Below are positions 46,111 to 55,089 of a DNA stretch of 64,000 nt, one piece after another. Below the pieces are notes generated by a model. The model was not told the origin of the DNA. It saw only the letters and a program-made list of their open reading frames with translations, and made no database searches. Origin of the DNA: an uncultured Acidobacteriota bacterium (lineage in GTDB: Bacteria > Acidobacteriota > UBA6911); contig CAZDMR010000006.1 of assembly GCA_964506795.1 (NCBI GenBank), forward strand, positions 11,275 through 75,274, given 5' to 3'. The number at the start of each line of letters is the position of its first letter. Position 1 is the first letter of the stretch. The position numbers and the translations under genes were made by a program.

Positions 46111-48942
46111 TTACAGTGGATTCGCCTTGATGGATTCCAGTTCCTCCTCAAAATCCGATCCGAGGAAATATTTTTCGGGAGTCAGATCCTCTCCCCGCTG
46201 CTTGGCCTCCCAGGCGGCCTTGACCTTATCCGGAGTCGCCGGCAGCGAATAGATGCGGACGCCGCAGGCGTTGTTGATGGCATTGATCACGGCCATATGG
46301 TTGGAACTCTGGAAATTCTCGGAACAGCCGCAGGAACCATGGGGCCCTCGGGGGCGAGGCGTCTCGATGAATATGAGGTTTATGTCGTCGGGTATGACAT
46401 CAATTGTTGGGACGCCGCAAGCGACTATATTGCTGTGCTTGTCCTTGGCTTCGTATTGTTCGCTCAGGGCAAAGCCGATAGCATGCGACAATCCTCCATA
46501 CCCTTGGCCCTCCACGGCAAGCAGGTTGCCGATGACGCCGACATCGGCAACACAGGTGAATTTCAGGACCTTGGTCTTGCCGGTTTTGACATCCACTTCA
46601 ACTTCGGCCACATTGACCCCGTACATGTAGGTCGGATTTTTTTCGCCTTCGCCGGTATTTGGATCCAAGCCGGGAGGCAGCCCGATATCGAACTGGTCGT
46701 AATGGCCGACGTACTTTGTCGGGATCTTTTCCGCGACCATTTCCTTATAGGTGCGGTAGCTGCCGTCCTGCCTGCGCATGGCATCCATCAGCTTTTTCGC
46801 CGCATCGATGGTGGCGTTGCCGGCCATATAATGCGACCGGCTGGCGGCAGCCAGGCCCGTGTCGGGGCAAGTCTTGCTGTCGTTCATGACAAGCCGCACC
46901 TGCTCGGCTTTGATACCCAAGGGAGCCAGAGCTTTCACCGTATGGGTCAGCGTGCCGATGTCGCCTCCCTGTCCCATGTCTTCCCACGTGTTCCAGTGGG
47001 TAATGGTCCCGTCGGCGTTCAATTCGAGCGCTACTTCGGCCCGGTCGAATTTTCCGATGGTAATGATGAATCCTCCCATGCTCATGCCGACGCCCACATG
47101 CCTGCCTTCGCTCTTGGCCTTCTCGGCGTCGGCTTTATACTGGTCGTATATCGGTTTGGCCTTTTCCAAAAGCGAGGGGTAGATGTAATCGTAATAGGGA
47201 CGACTGTTCGGAGTAAGATCTCCCGGCCTGGCCGCGTTTTTATAGCGGAATTCCCAAGGATCGATGCCGGCTTTTTCAGCGATCATGTCGACAAGGGCCT
47301 CGGTACAGGTGTAAATCTGGGGAGAGCCGAATCCTCGGTATGCGGTGTTGAAGGCATGGTTGGAAGAACCGCCGCGGGCGAGAGCCTTGAAATTCGGTAT
47401 GTTGTATCCGTAGAACCCGACGGAAACCAGATTGTTGAAAATATGTCCGGCGACGACGGCATAGGCCCCGTGATCCAAAGCCACATCATATTCGGCGGCG
47501 ATGAGTTTGCCTTCCTTGTCGCAGGCTATGCAGCCGTTTGTGAAGGTTGCCGATCTTTTGCCGGTCATATGGTTGAATTCTTCATAGCTCAACGTCATGG
47601 TGCAGGGCACGTCCAGATTTTGAACGGCCGTGGCGACCAGGGCGAATGTGTTGGGACTGGTGGAGTATCCGAAAGAGCCGCCCACATGGTTTAAAAGCAT
47701 GCGGATATTCTCCTTCGGGATTCCACACGCCATCGATAGGGCATCCCGGTTTTCATCAAGGGATTGGCATTTGGACTGCAGGGTGAGCATGCCGTCGACG
47801 CCCCAGTATCCCTGAACGACATCAGGTTCCAGGGGCAGATGGGGTTCATGCTGCGAATGAAAGCTGCCCTCGGCAACAAAAGCGGCCTCTTTAAATACTT
47901 CCGCAGTCTCCCTGCCTTTGAAGACAGGCTGCTCCATGTAAAAGTTAGGCAGGCCTTCGTGGATTTGCACGGCATCAGGCATCGCGGCTTCCGGGAAAGT
48001 CATGTATGCGGGCAGGATTTCCAGGTTCTGCTTCACCTTATTGGCGGCTTCGCGGGCGTGCTCTTCGGTATCGGCTGCAACGAGGGCCACAACATCGCCG
48101 CGCCGCCGGATCTTTTTGCCGGCAATGACGGGGAATTCGGTAATGCCTTTCGCTTTCTGGCGCGGCACAAGGGCTGGGAACGCCATATTATTGGTTCCCT
48201 TGACATCCTTTGCGGTCATGACCTTGATGACGCCGGGCATGGCTTCGGCTTCCTTCGTATCAATGCCGAGGATATTGGCGTGCGGCACTTTGGAGATTAC
48301 AACGGCAAGGTGCGCGGTTCCTTCGGGCATGTGCAGCTTGACATCGTCGCCGTAATCCGCCAGCCCGGTGACCTTGGCCAGCGCAGTGGGCCGGGGCCGG
48401 CGCGAACCGTAGATTTCCTTCTCCCCGGCAAAATCATACGTAATATCCTTCATGGCGGCTTCGCCGCGCATCACTTTGGCTGCAGCCATGACTGCATCCA
48501 CGATCGGTTTGTACCCGGTACAGCGGCAGATATTCTGGTGCTTTTTGAACCACATGCGAACTTCTTCGCGAGTCGGCGCAGGGTTCTCGGAAAGCAGTCC
48601 ATAAGCGGATACAATAAATCCGGGAGAGCAGAAACCGCACTGCGCGGCGCCGTAAGTGATCCACGCCTGCTGGAGGGGATGCAGATGCGGCGGCGAGCCG
48701 ATTCCTTCAATGGTGGTGATTTCGCTGAATTCCGCGACATTTTTCATTTTAATGGTGCAGGAACGAACCACTTTTCCGTTTAAGATCACGGAGCAGGCGC
48801 CGCAAACGCCGGTATTGCATCCGATCTTAGTGCCCGTAAGACCCATCCGGCGGATGGCCACGGCCAGATTGTCTTTTTCCGGATCGCACAGCACCTGTCT
48901 TTCAACACCGTTAATCATCAAGTTCAATCTTCTAAGTTTCAT
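46111..48942 (-). CDS. molybdopterin-dependent aldehyde oxidoreductase (MOP-like; fused 2Fe-2S + Mo-cofactor domains, no FAD domain)
   Basis: N-terminal plant-type and second 2Fe-2S motifs (CNTGVCGACSV, CGFCSPG, CRCTGY), followed by the XDH-family a/b hammerhead and MoCo-binding domains. At 943 aa it resembles Desulfovibrio MOP. Confidence 0.8.
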   Translation of the reverse strand: MKLRRLNLMINGVERQVLCDPEKDNLAVAIRRMGLTGTKIGCNTGVCGACSVILNGKVVRSCTIKMKNVAEFSEITTIEGIGSPPHLHPLQQAWITYGAAQCGFCSPGFIVSAYGLLSENPAPTREEVRMWFKKHQNICRCTGYKPIVDAVMAAAKVMRGEAAMKDITYDFAGEKEIYGSRRPRPTALAKVTGLADYGDDVKLHMPEGTAHLAVVISKVPHANILGIDTKEAEAMPGVIKVMTAKDVKGTNNMAFPALVPRQKAKGITEFPVIAGKKIRRRGDVVALVAADTEEHAREAANKVKQNLEILPAYMTFPEAAMPDAVQIHEGLPNFYMEQPVFKGRETAEVFKEAAFVAEGSFHSQHEPHLPLEPDVVQGYWGVDGMLTLQSKCQSLDENRDALSMACGIPKENIRMLLNHVGGSFGYSTSPNTFALVATAVQNLDVPCTMTLSYEEFNHMTGKRSATFTNGCIACDKEGKLIAAEYDVALDHGAYAVVAGHIFNNLVSVGFYGYNIPNFKALARGGSSNHAFNTAYRGFGSPQIYTCTEALVDMIAEKAGIDPWEFRYKNAARPGDLTPNSRPYYDYIYPSLLEKAKPIYDQYKADAEKAKSEGRHVGVGMSMGGFIITIGKFDRAEVALELNADGTITHWNTWEDMGQGGDIGTLTHTVKALAPLGIKAEQVRLVMNDSKTCPDTGLAAASRSHYMAGNATIDAAKKLMDAMRRQDGSYRTYKEMVAEKIPTKYVGHYDQFDIGLPPGLDPNTGEGEKNPTYMYGVNVAEVEVDVKTGKTKVLKFTCVADVGVIGNLLAVEGQGYGGLSHAIGFALSEQYEAKDKHSNIVACGVPTIDVIPDDINLIFIETPRPRGPHGSCGCSENFQSSNHMAVINAINNACGVRIYSLPATPDKVKAAWEAKQRGEDLTPEKYFLGSDFEEELESIKANPL

Positions 48943-49090
48943 ATCCCTATCCTTTTATTTAAGTAAAAATATGAAGAATAGTAATAATAAGGTATAAATG
49001 GGTTATATTTGTTATAAAATGTGCGGAATTTTAATTCTATTCAAGGTCGCCGGTTCAACTTAAAACAAAACAATCCTCTACTGTGGGCCC
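48943..49090. promoter_or_regulatory. strongly AT-rich upstream island of the aldehyde oxidoreductase gene (putative promoter/regulatory region)
   Basis: About 130 nt at roughly 25% GC, directly 5' of the start codon at 48942, in a ~58% GC background. Confidence 0.3.
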
Positions 49091-49218
49091 GGCCGGCGGA
49101 CGGATGCATATAGGCAGACGAAAGCGGCGCGTCCGAAAACCAGGAATCGGCTATACATCATCCGGTCCCCTATGGATTCAGAACATCGCCGCCTCTTAAC
49201 CCGGAGTATCCATGCCGA

Positions 49219-49749
49219 TTATCGCCTGCGCAATTTATCGCTCGCACCGGCAACGCGGCGCAAACCGGGCCTGCCGACGCCCGGTCGGTCCGGAGAATCA
49301 ATCAGGTCGAAAGCCACCGCAGCTCGCGCGACGGGCAAAATCCTGAGGGCTTCTTCCAATTTATCGAGAGACGCGAGCTGATCCTGATTTAATAATTCCC
49401 GGAGCTGTAATTGAAATTTTTGCCTCTGGCCCTCTATCTGATCCCGCAAAGCGGAAATTCGTTCCTTCAATGCAGCGATTGTCTCGGAATTTGGATCGCT
49501 TTTTTGGTTTTCTTCGCGCAGCGCTTTGGTCTTGGCGGCCAATTCTTGAACCAGCGGCCTGTGCGCATCTCGCATCGAAGCCCGTAGGCTCCGCATGTCC
49601 GAAATCTGCGCATCGGATAAATCCAGGTAATTCTTCAACGCCTGAACCTGCAAAACTCCTTCCCCGAGGATTCCCTGCCGGGGACCCTGCTGCGCCCATA
49701 CTATTGCTGAGAATAAAACGCCGGAAAGCAGCAAGCCTGTGAATTTCAT
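49219..49749 (-). CDS. Spy/CpxP-family periplasmic protein (LTXXQ motifs)
   Basis: Signal peptide. Two LTxxQ-like motifs (LDLSDAQ, LNQDQLASL). GGAGGA SD. The C-terminal ~30 aa are low-complexity. Confidence 0.55.
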   Translation of the reverse strand: MKFTGLLLSGVLFSAIVWAQQGPRQGILGEGVLQVQALKNYLDLSDAQISDMRSLRASMRDAHRPLVQELAAKTKALREENQKSDPNSETIAALKERISALRDQIEGQRQKFQLQLRELLNQDQLASLDKLEEALRILPVARAAVAFDLIDSPDRPGVGRPGLRRVAGASDKLRRR

Positions 49750-49902
49750 TTCTCTTTTCCTCCATATTTTTAGTCGCTGCCATTAGCGGCGAACCCACCG
49801 CTTACGATATATAGGACGCAGCCCTCGGGATAATGTTGGATAAGAGTTTGTTAAAGTTACTTAACATGGGGTTAACATCAAAACCGCGCTGCTTGCCCGC
49901 GA

Positions 49903-50586
49903 TCAGTCCTGAAAACGGTATCCGGTACCGTGCACGGTAAGAATCCACCGGGGTTGGCCCGGATCATCCTCCAATTTCTGCCGCAGCCAGGCAACGTGAA
50001 CATCCACAGTCCGCGTCGTTGTGGGAGACCGGTAGTCCCAGATATCTTTCAAAATGCGTTCGCGCGTCATCGCTTCCCCGCGGTGTTCCAAAAAGTACCG
50101 GAGCAGCTGGTATTCCTTTGCTGCGAGATCCACCTTTTTCCCGCCGCGAGTCACCTCGGCTTTGCGAAAATCGACTTCTATCTCGCCGAATCGGTGCAAT
50201 CCGCTGCGGGGCTGCTCGCTATAAGCGCGTCGCAGCAGCGCTTCAATGCGCGCCAGAAGCTCCAGCATTTCAAAAGGCTTTGTAAGATAGTCGTCCGCTC
50301 CCAGCTTCAATCCCAGAACCTTGTCCACCGTTTGATCCCGGGCTGTGAGGATGAGGACGGGCGCGGAAATACCTTGCTGCCGCAGATCCCGGCAGACGTC
50401 GAGGCCGCTTTTTTCCGGCAGCATAAGATCCAGCAGAAACAGATCAAAGCTCTCCTCCAAGCCCCGCCGATAAGCATCGCCGCCGGTTGAGGCGGTTTCA
50501 ACAACGTACTGTTCTTTGCGCAGCCGGTCGGCCAGCGTCATCCGCAGCCCCGGGTCATCCTCTACAAGCAGTATCTTCCGTCTCAT
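49903..50586 (-). CDS. OmpR-family response regulator (REC + winged helix)
   Basis: REC motifs (LLVEDD, DLMLP, conserved K) and an OmpR/PhoB-type C-terminal DNA-binding domain. Confidence 0.9.
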   Translation of the reverse strand: MRRKILLVEDDPGLRMTLADRLRKEQYVVETASTGGDAYRRGLEESFDLFLLDLMLPEKSGLDVCRDLRQQGISAPVLILTARDQTVDKVLGLKLGADDYLTKPFEMLELLARIEALLRRAYSEQPRSGLHRFGEIEVDFRKAEVTRGGKKVDLAAKEYQLLRYFLEHRGEAMTRERILKDIWDYRSPTTTRTVDVHVAWLRQKLEDDPGQPRWILTVHGTGYRFQD

Positions 50587-50605
50587 TTTTCATGCTCCCG
50601 CGTTT

Positions 50606-52360
50606 TTAACTTTTCCTATCTATAGGGCCGGCGGAGCGAAGATAAATCGTGAAACTGCATCCGCCGCCGCGGTCGCTGCGCAAGCTCACGCGGCCCCCCA
50701 TCATCTCCAGGCTCTGCTTTACGATGGTCAGCCCCAGCCCGCTGCCCGGAACGCCGGCGGCGTTACGGCCCCGATAAAACGGTTCAAAAACATGAGGCGC
50801 GTCGCCGGGGTCGATGCCTGTTCCGCGATCATCGACCGAAATGGCTATTTCGTCCTTTCCCGAGGTCCGCACGCGCTCCGCTCGGATACGCGCCCAGCGG
50901 TTCGATGCGCCGTGCTTTAACGCGTTTGAGATCAAATTCTGCAGCGCCTGCTCAAGCAGCGAAGGATCTCCAAGCGCGTCCGGAAGATCCGGAGGGATCT
51001 CTTTTTCCAAGATGAATCCAAGAGAGAGGATGAAGGGATTCTCTTCCGCGAGCACTTTGCTTAAAATCTCACCGACGGAGAACGGTTGCGGATGGATACT
51101 GCGGCGGCCGGACGCAAGATCTGCATACTGGAGGATCTGTTCCACCATCGCCGATAGTTTGCGCCCCTCCGAACGAATCAAGGCGCCGTATTCCTTGACG
51201 CGCGACGCCGAATCCTCGACAATCCCTTCGGCCAGATTGTCGGCCGCGGTACCTATCACCGAAAGCGGCGTCCTCAAATCGTGCGACACGCCGGCCACGA
51301 ATCTCATTTGCAATTCGGCCAGCCGCCGGGAACGCCGCGCGCCCCAAACGATCAGCGCCATTCCTATTCCTAGAAGCAGAAGAATCCCGAAACTCACAGC
51401 CAGGTTGCGCCGCCGCGATCGGGACACAATGACTTCCAGCGGACCGCCGCGATAATCCGCAACCAGCTCCCAGTTGCATCCCTGTGGCGCGCGAAGCGGC
51501 GGGATAAACTCGTTCGGCCGCGCGTACCCGTCCATTGTCCCGATCCCGGGGGAATCCGCATCCAAAAAATCAGGATCGGCGCCGTATCCAAGGAGAGGGA
51601 TCCGAAGGCTTGGATTTTCAAGCAAGGTCGCGCCGGATTCTAATTTCGAAGAGACCAAAACCGGCGTTCGCCGATTCTCGATCACGACGGCCGCGTCGAA
51701 TTCGGCATCCGGACGACCGTTAAAATGATGCTGCATTAGGCCGGGCAAGAACTCGTTTTCAAAATAGCTCTCGTTAAAAACCAGAAATAGAAAGCCCGCG
51801 ATTCCTGAAGTAGCAGAATCCGTGCCGGGCACCACGAGCGCACGGATGAGGACGAGGTCATCAGGCAATACGCGCCAATAGGAGAACTGTCCCGACTCAG
51901 ATCCCGGAATGGCTCCTATAAAGAGTTGATCCAGGCTTTGGCTGATTTGACCCATCGTGCCGGTCCACGCCGACGGCAGCCACCGGCCGGTCTGAAAATC
52001 GAGCCAGAATAAACCTTTATCCCGGCGAACACCATCCATCTGCAGGAAAACATCCTCGACGAGTTTGGCGTGGCGATCTTCGCTCAGCCAGTAGTCATAG
52101 CGTTCAATCAGCCGGTCCCAATCCTGCGCCCGGAGCGAATCTGGCCCCAATTCAAAGGAAAGGCAAATTCGACGCAGCTCCAAATTAAATTCCGTCCGGA
52201 ACCTGTATGCGGCGTTTTCGAGCCCCTCCCGCAGGCGGATTCGTTCCATTCGGCCGATCTCGCCGATCCAGCGGTATTGCAGAACGGCGAGGACGACAAG
52301 CGTCACGCTCATTAAAACAACAAGCGCCACCGCCGGGGTTTCGCTCCGTTTACGAACCAT
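50606..52360 (-). CDS. sensor histidine kinase (HisKA + HATPase_c), membrane-anchored with periplasmic domain
   Basis: H-box SHDLRTPL, N/G boxes, and two TM segments flanking a ~250-aa periplasmic region. Confidence 0.85.
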   Translation of the reverse strand: MVRKRSETPAVALVVLMSVTLVVLAVLQYRWIGEIGRMERIRLREGLENAAYRFRTEFNLELRRICLSFELGPDSLRAQDWDRLIERYDYWLSEDRHAKLVEDVFLQMDGVRRDKGLFWLDFQTGRWLPSAWTGTMGQISQSLDQLFIGAIPGSESGQFSYWRVLPDDLVLIRALVVPGTDSATSGIAGFLFLVFNESYFENEFLPGLMQHHFNGRPDAEFDAAVVIENRRTPVLVSSKLESGATLLENPSLRIPLLGYGADPDFLDADSPGIGTMDGYARPNEFIPPLRAPQGCNWELVADYRGGPLEVIVSRSRRRNLAVSFGILLLLGIGMALIVWGARRSRRLAELQMRFVAGVSHDLRTPLSVIGTAADNLAEGIVEDSASRVKEYGALIRSEGRKLSAMVEQILQYADLASGRRSIHPQPFSVGEILSKVLAEENPFILSLGFILEKEIPPDLPDALGDPSLLEQALQNLISNALKHGASNRWARIRAERVRTSGKDEIAISVDDRGTGIDPGDAPHVFEPFYRGRNAAGVPGSGLGLTIVKQSLEMMGGRVSLRSDRGGGCSFTIYLRSAGPIDRKS

Positions 52361-52407
52361 GCCTATGTTTTACGCCGGCAACGGCGCTTTGTCGCGCCTA
52401 ATTTTTT

Positions 52408-53028
52408 TTAATGGAAACGCAGTATGAAGCTGCCGTGCCATAGCTGGTATAGGCCCATTGCCGCAAGGGCAATCGACGACAAGCCTATCAAAGCCTTCCG
52501 GATGCGCGGCCCCAACGTTCCTGCGGCGGTAAACAGCAGGATCATTGCTATCATGGCGGCGATCATTGTCGAATAAAAACCCAGGATCAAAGCCACTCCG
52601 TTCATTGCGGAATCGCGCCATCCTTCGAGCACCATCGGACCGAGGATTATGCTCCATCCCAGGTAGGGATTCGGATTCAGCCAGTTTATAAGGACAGCTT
52701 TCACCAAGTTGTTCGGCCGGGATTCTAGGCGCGTTTCATTTTCCGATCGGAAGCCGCGCCAGCATTTCCACGCTTCGAAAGCCAGGTACAGAATGAAAAT
52801 CCCGCCCAGAAGCTGCAAATAATGTACAAGCTTTGGGGGCACCCGGCTCAAAGCCGTCAGGACAAGCACGGCGATGGGACCGTCGCTCAACAGCGGCGCG
52901 AAGGCGACCGGCAGCGCATGGCGGCGGTCGCGGCTTACGGATTGTGACATGAGGTACATCGAGAGGGGGCCGGGCGTGACGGCCGCGGCGAAGCCATAGG
53001 TTATTCCGGGGATCAGGTATGCCAGCAT
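52408..53028 (-). CDS. LysE/RhtB-family amino-acid exporter
   Basis: The family N-terminus TPGP is present. Start chosen at MLAYLIPGITYGF. The longer ORF start at 53088 sits inside the MITE. Confidence 0.7.
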   Translation of the reverse strand: MLAYLIPGITYGFAAAVTPGPLSMYLMSQSVSRDRRHALPVAFAPLLSDGPIAVLVLTALSRVPPKLVHYLQLLGGIFILYLAFEAWKCWRGFRSENETRLESRPNNLVKAVLINWLNPNPYLGWSIILGPMVLEGWRDSAMNGVALILGFYSTMIAAMIAMILLFTAAGTLGPRIRKALIGLSSIALAAMGLYQLWHGSFILRFH

Positions 53029-53087
53029 AGGTTTATTCGCTGACGAATAGATATACCACGGCCCCTGCAGGATACGGTCAGCGGCCA

Positions 53088-53270
53088 TTAACCCGAATTA
53101 TTCATGAGGATTCGTAGCGAGGCGGCGTAGACCGGCATGGATACAAGGCGCGCGACCGAGAGCCCCGCAGGCGTACTCGACAGTACGTCGAGGAGCTCGA
53201 AGGAGCGCAACGCAGGAAACATGCCTGGATCCGGCGCCGCAGTAGAAGCTTCACGAATAATCCGGGTTAA
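53088..53270. mobile_element. MITE-like element (R2), complete copy with ~20-bp terminal inverted repeats
   Basis: Left end is TTAACCCGAATTATTCATGAGG. Right end is CTTCACGAATAATCCGGGTTAA, its reverse complement. The 183-bp element exactly fills the gap between two convergent/divergent genes. Confidence 0.7.
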
Positions 53271-53279
53271 GCCGCCTGT

Positions 53280-53915
53280 TTATTGTTTGTTATAAACTAT
53301 TTTCTGAACGGTACTGCGGCTGGACATTCCGTTCGTTACCGTTTGATTAGATATTTTCAGAGTCAGGACCTTCCCGTCCTTGGAAAGAGAAAACTCCTTT
53401 TTGACTTCATTTTGGGTGGAAGTGGTTGTGGTTTTTGTCGAAATCGTAATCTTGTTTTTTTTCTGTTTTGCTTTTGTCTTTCGTTCCGATTTTTCCTGAG
53501 AATTAGGAACCGCCGTCTCTTGAACGGTATCTTTTCCGTCAAGCGTATAATTCTCAATGATGGGCATTTCCTTGCCGCCCATGTTCATAGTCGTGATAAT
53601 TTGTATTTCCTTCCCCGAATGCTTGATGACCATAGGCGGTGGCGGAGTATTCGCCGCCGGTTGTTTTGCATTTTGGCCGCCAGGCATCGGCCCGCCCATG
53701 CCGCCGCCGAAGCCGCCCATTCCACCCATCCCGCCCATGCCGCCGGGCATGATATCGTTAGGCGCTCCGAGACTTCGCATAAATTTAGGATGGGCGTCAC
53801 TTTGGTCCATGTCCTGAATCCACGTCCCCGAAAAATCAACCTGCGGGCTCTCCGCCCAAGCGCACATGACCATAAATAGGAGTATAAAACTGACTGCCGT
53901 TGCTAGTGGTTTCAT
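53280..53915 (-). CDS. secreted hypothetical protein with Gly/Met-rich low-complexity repeat (GMGGMGGMGGFGGGMGG)
   Basis: Signal peptide MKPLATAVSFILLFMVMCAWA with GAGAGGGA SD. A GM repeat is followed by a Thr/Lys-rich tail. Confidence 0.5.
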   Translation of the reverse strand: MKPLATAVSFILLFMVMCAWAESPQVDFSGTWIQDMDQSDAHPKFMRSLGAPNDIMPGGMGGMGGMGGFGGGMGGPMPGGQNAKQPAANTPPPPMVIKHSGKEIQIITTMNMGGKEMPIIENYTLDGKDTVQETAVPNSQEKSERKTKAKQKKNKITISTKTTTTSTQNEVKKEFSLSKDGKVLTLKISNQTVTNGMSSRSTVQKIVYNKQ

Positions 53916-53982
53916 GATCCCTCTCATCCGATGCATCTAATTCCTCTTGCTGATAAAGCGCAAACAAAATCTCTCCGGATAT

Positions 53983-54087
53983 CCGCATGAATCATTCATG
54001 AAGCTGCTATGGCGGCGAACACAGGAATTTCTACGGCGTCGCTTTGCTTCAGACCGCCTTTTTAGGAATCCTCATGAATAATTCGCG
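53983..54087. repeat. MITE-like element, short copy in inverted orientation (R6)
   Basis: Ends CCGCATGAATCATTCATGAAG ... CCTCATGAATAATTCGCG correspond to the R2 termini in reverse orientation. Confidence 0.55.
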
Positions 54088-54345
54088 TCAGCGGCAATAT
54101 CCGAAAATTTTTCCTTTCTATATTATATACTCCAAAAACAATTAAACCGCATTCGAAATACACACGGCTCATGCTTATGAAGCGCGCGTTCGCTCCGCCA
54201 AGAAATTCGAGAAAATGGAGAATTTCCGCTTCACGACGGCGCGTTGAAAACAAAACGACCGAAATCCCATTCCCGACGTTCGCAATTACGCGCAGGCCTA
54301 TGATAGATTAGTCTGGCTTTTATCCTGGTAAATTCCCGGAGGAAA

Positions 54346-55029
54346 TTGATGAATATTGTCCCTTCCCTAAACTACCACCCAAGCCTGGCGCCCCGGACCG
54401 TTCGCACAGCTGTGATTTGGGGGTTAGGCATGCCGGAATGCGGGCAAACCGAAGCGCCTCCCCCCTTCGTTGCCTCTCTATTGGAGCAGGCACGCATCGC
54501 GGGAGAGGGATTCCTGCCTCCGGGGCGAAAGGCCGCAGTCCGAAATATGCTTCGCTATGGATCCTACAAACCTTCGGGACGGAGCAAACCTTCCAGCGAG
54601 TATCTCCTCGCAGCGGCATTGCAGGACCGTTTTCCTCTTGTCAATAAAGCCGTGGACGTAAATAACGCAGTCAGCCTGCAATGGGGCTACCCCGCGAGCA
54701 TTTTCGACATGGATCTTTGCGGGACAAATCTTCTTCTGCGGCGCGGCACCGCGGAGGAATCCTACATTTTCAATTCTGCGGGACAGAGCATCGAGCTTAA
54801 AGATCTTATTTGCGTCTGTCGCGCGGAAGGCGACAGATGGCTCCCTTGCGGAAACCCCGTCAAGGATGCCATGGCCACAAAAATCAGCGACTCCACCCGC
54901 AATGTGATCGCGGTTATTTACGCGCCTGTAACGGAATCGCTCTCAGAGCTTGAAGGCGCCGCCGCACGCTTCGCAGACCTCCTTCGTTCCCACTGTGAAA
55001 TCTCCAAAAGCGCCTGGTTCATACCCTAA
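54346..55029 (+). CDS. B3/4-domain-containing protein (COG3382-like)
   Basis: The VDVNNAVSLQWGYPASIFDMD pattern resembles B3/4 (PheT-related) domain proteins. Tentative. Confidence 0.45.
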   Translation: MMNIVPSLNYHPSLAPRTVRTAVIWGLGMPECGQTEAPPPFVASLLEQARIAGEGFLPPGRKAAVRNMLRYGSYKPSGRSKPSSEYLLAAALQDRFPLVNKAVDVNNAVSLQWGYPASIFDMDLCGTNLLLRRGTAEESYIFNSAGQSIELKDLICVCRAEGDRWLPCGNPVKDAMATKISDSTRNVIAVIYAPVTESLSELEGAAARFADLLRSHCEISKSAWFIP

Positions 55030-55089
55030 GATCCGAGGGTTAGGATGCGCCGACTCCGCCGCAGATCCTCAAGAACAATCCGCGCGATT

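Noticed and set aside
46072-48783. Long plus-strand ORFs (540 aa and 339 aa) opposite the aldehyde oxidoreductase gene
   Set aside because: They are antisense to a strongly supported 943-aa gene, their translations are low-complexity, and they are an artefact of high GC.
48943-49090. tRNA-like element (GGTCGCCGGTTCAACT)
   Set aside because: Only a T-loop-like fragment is present. There is no acceptor stem or anticodon arm. I found no tRNA genes in the window.
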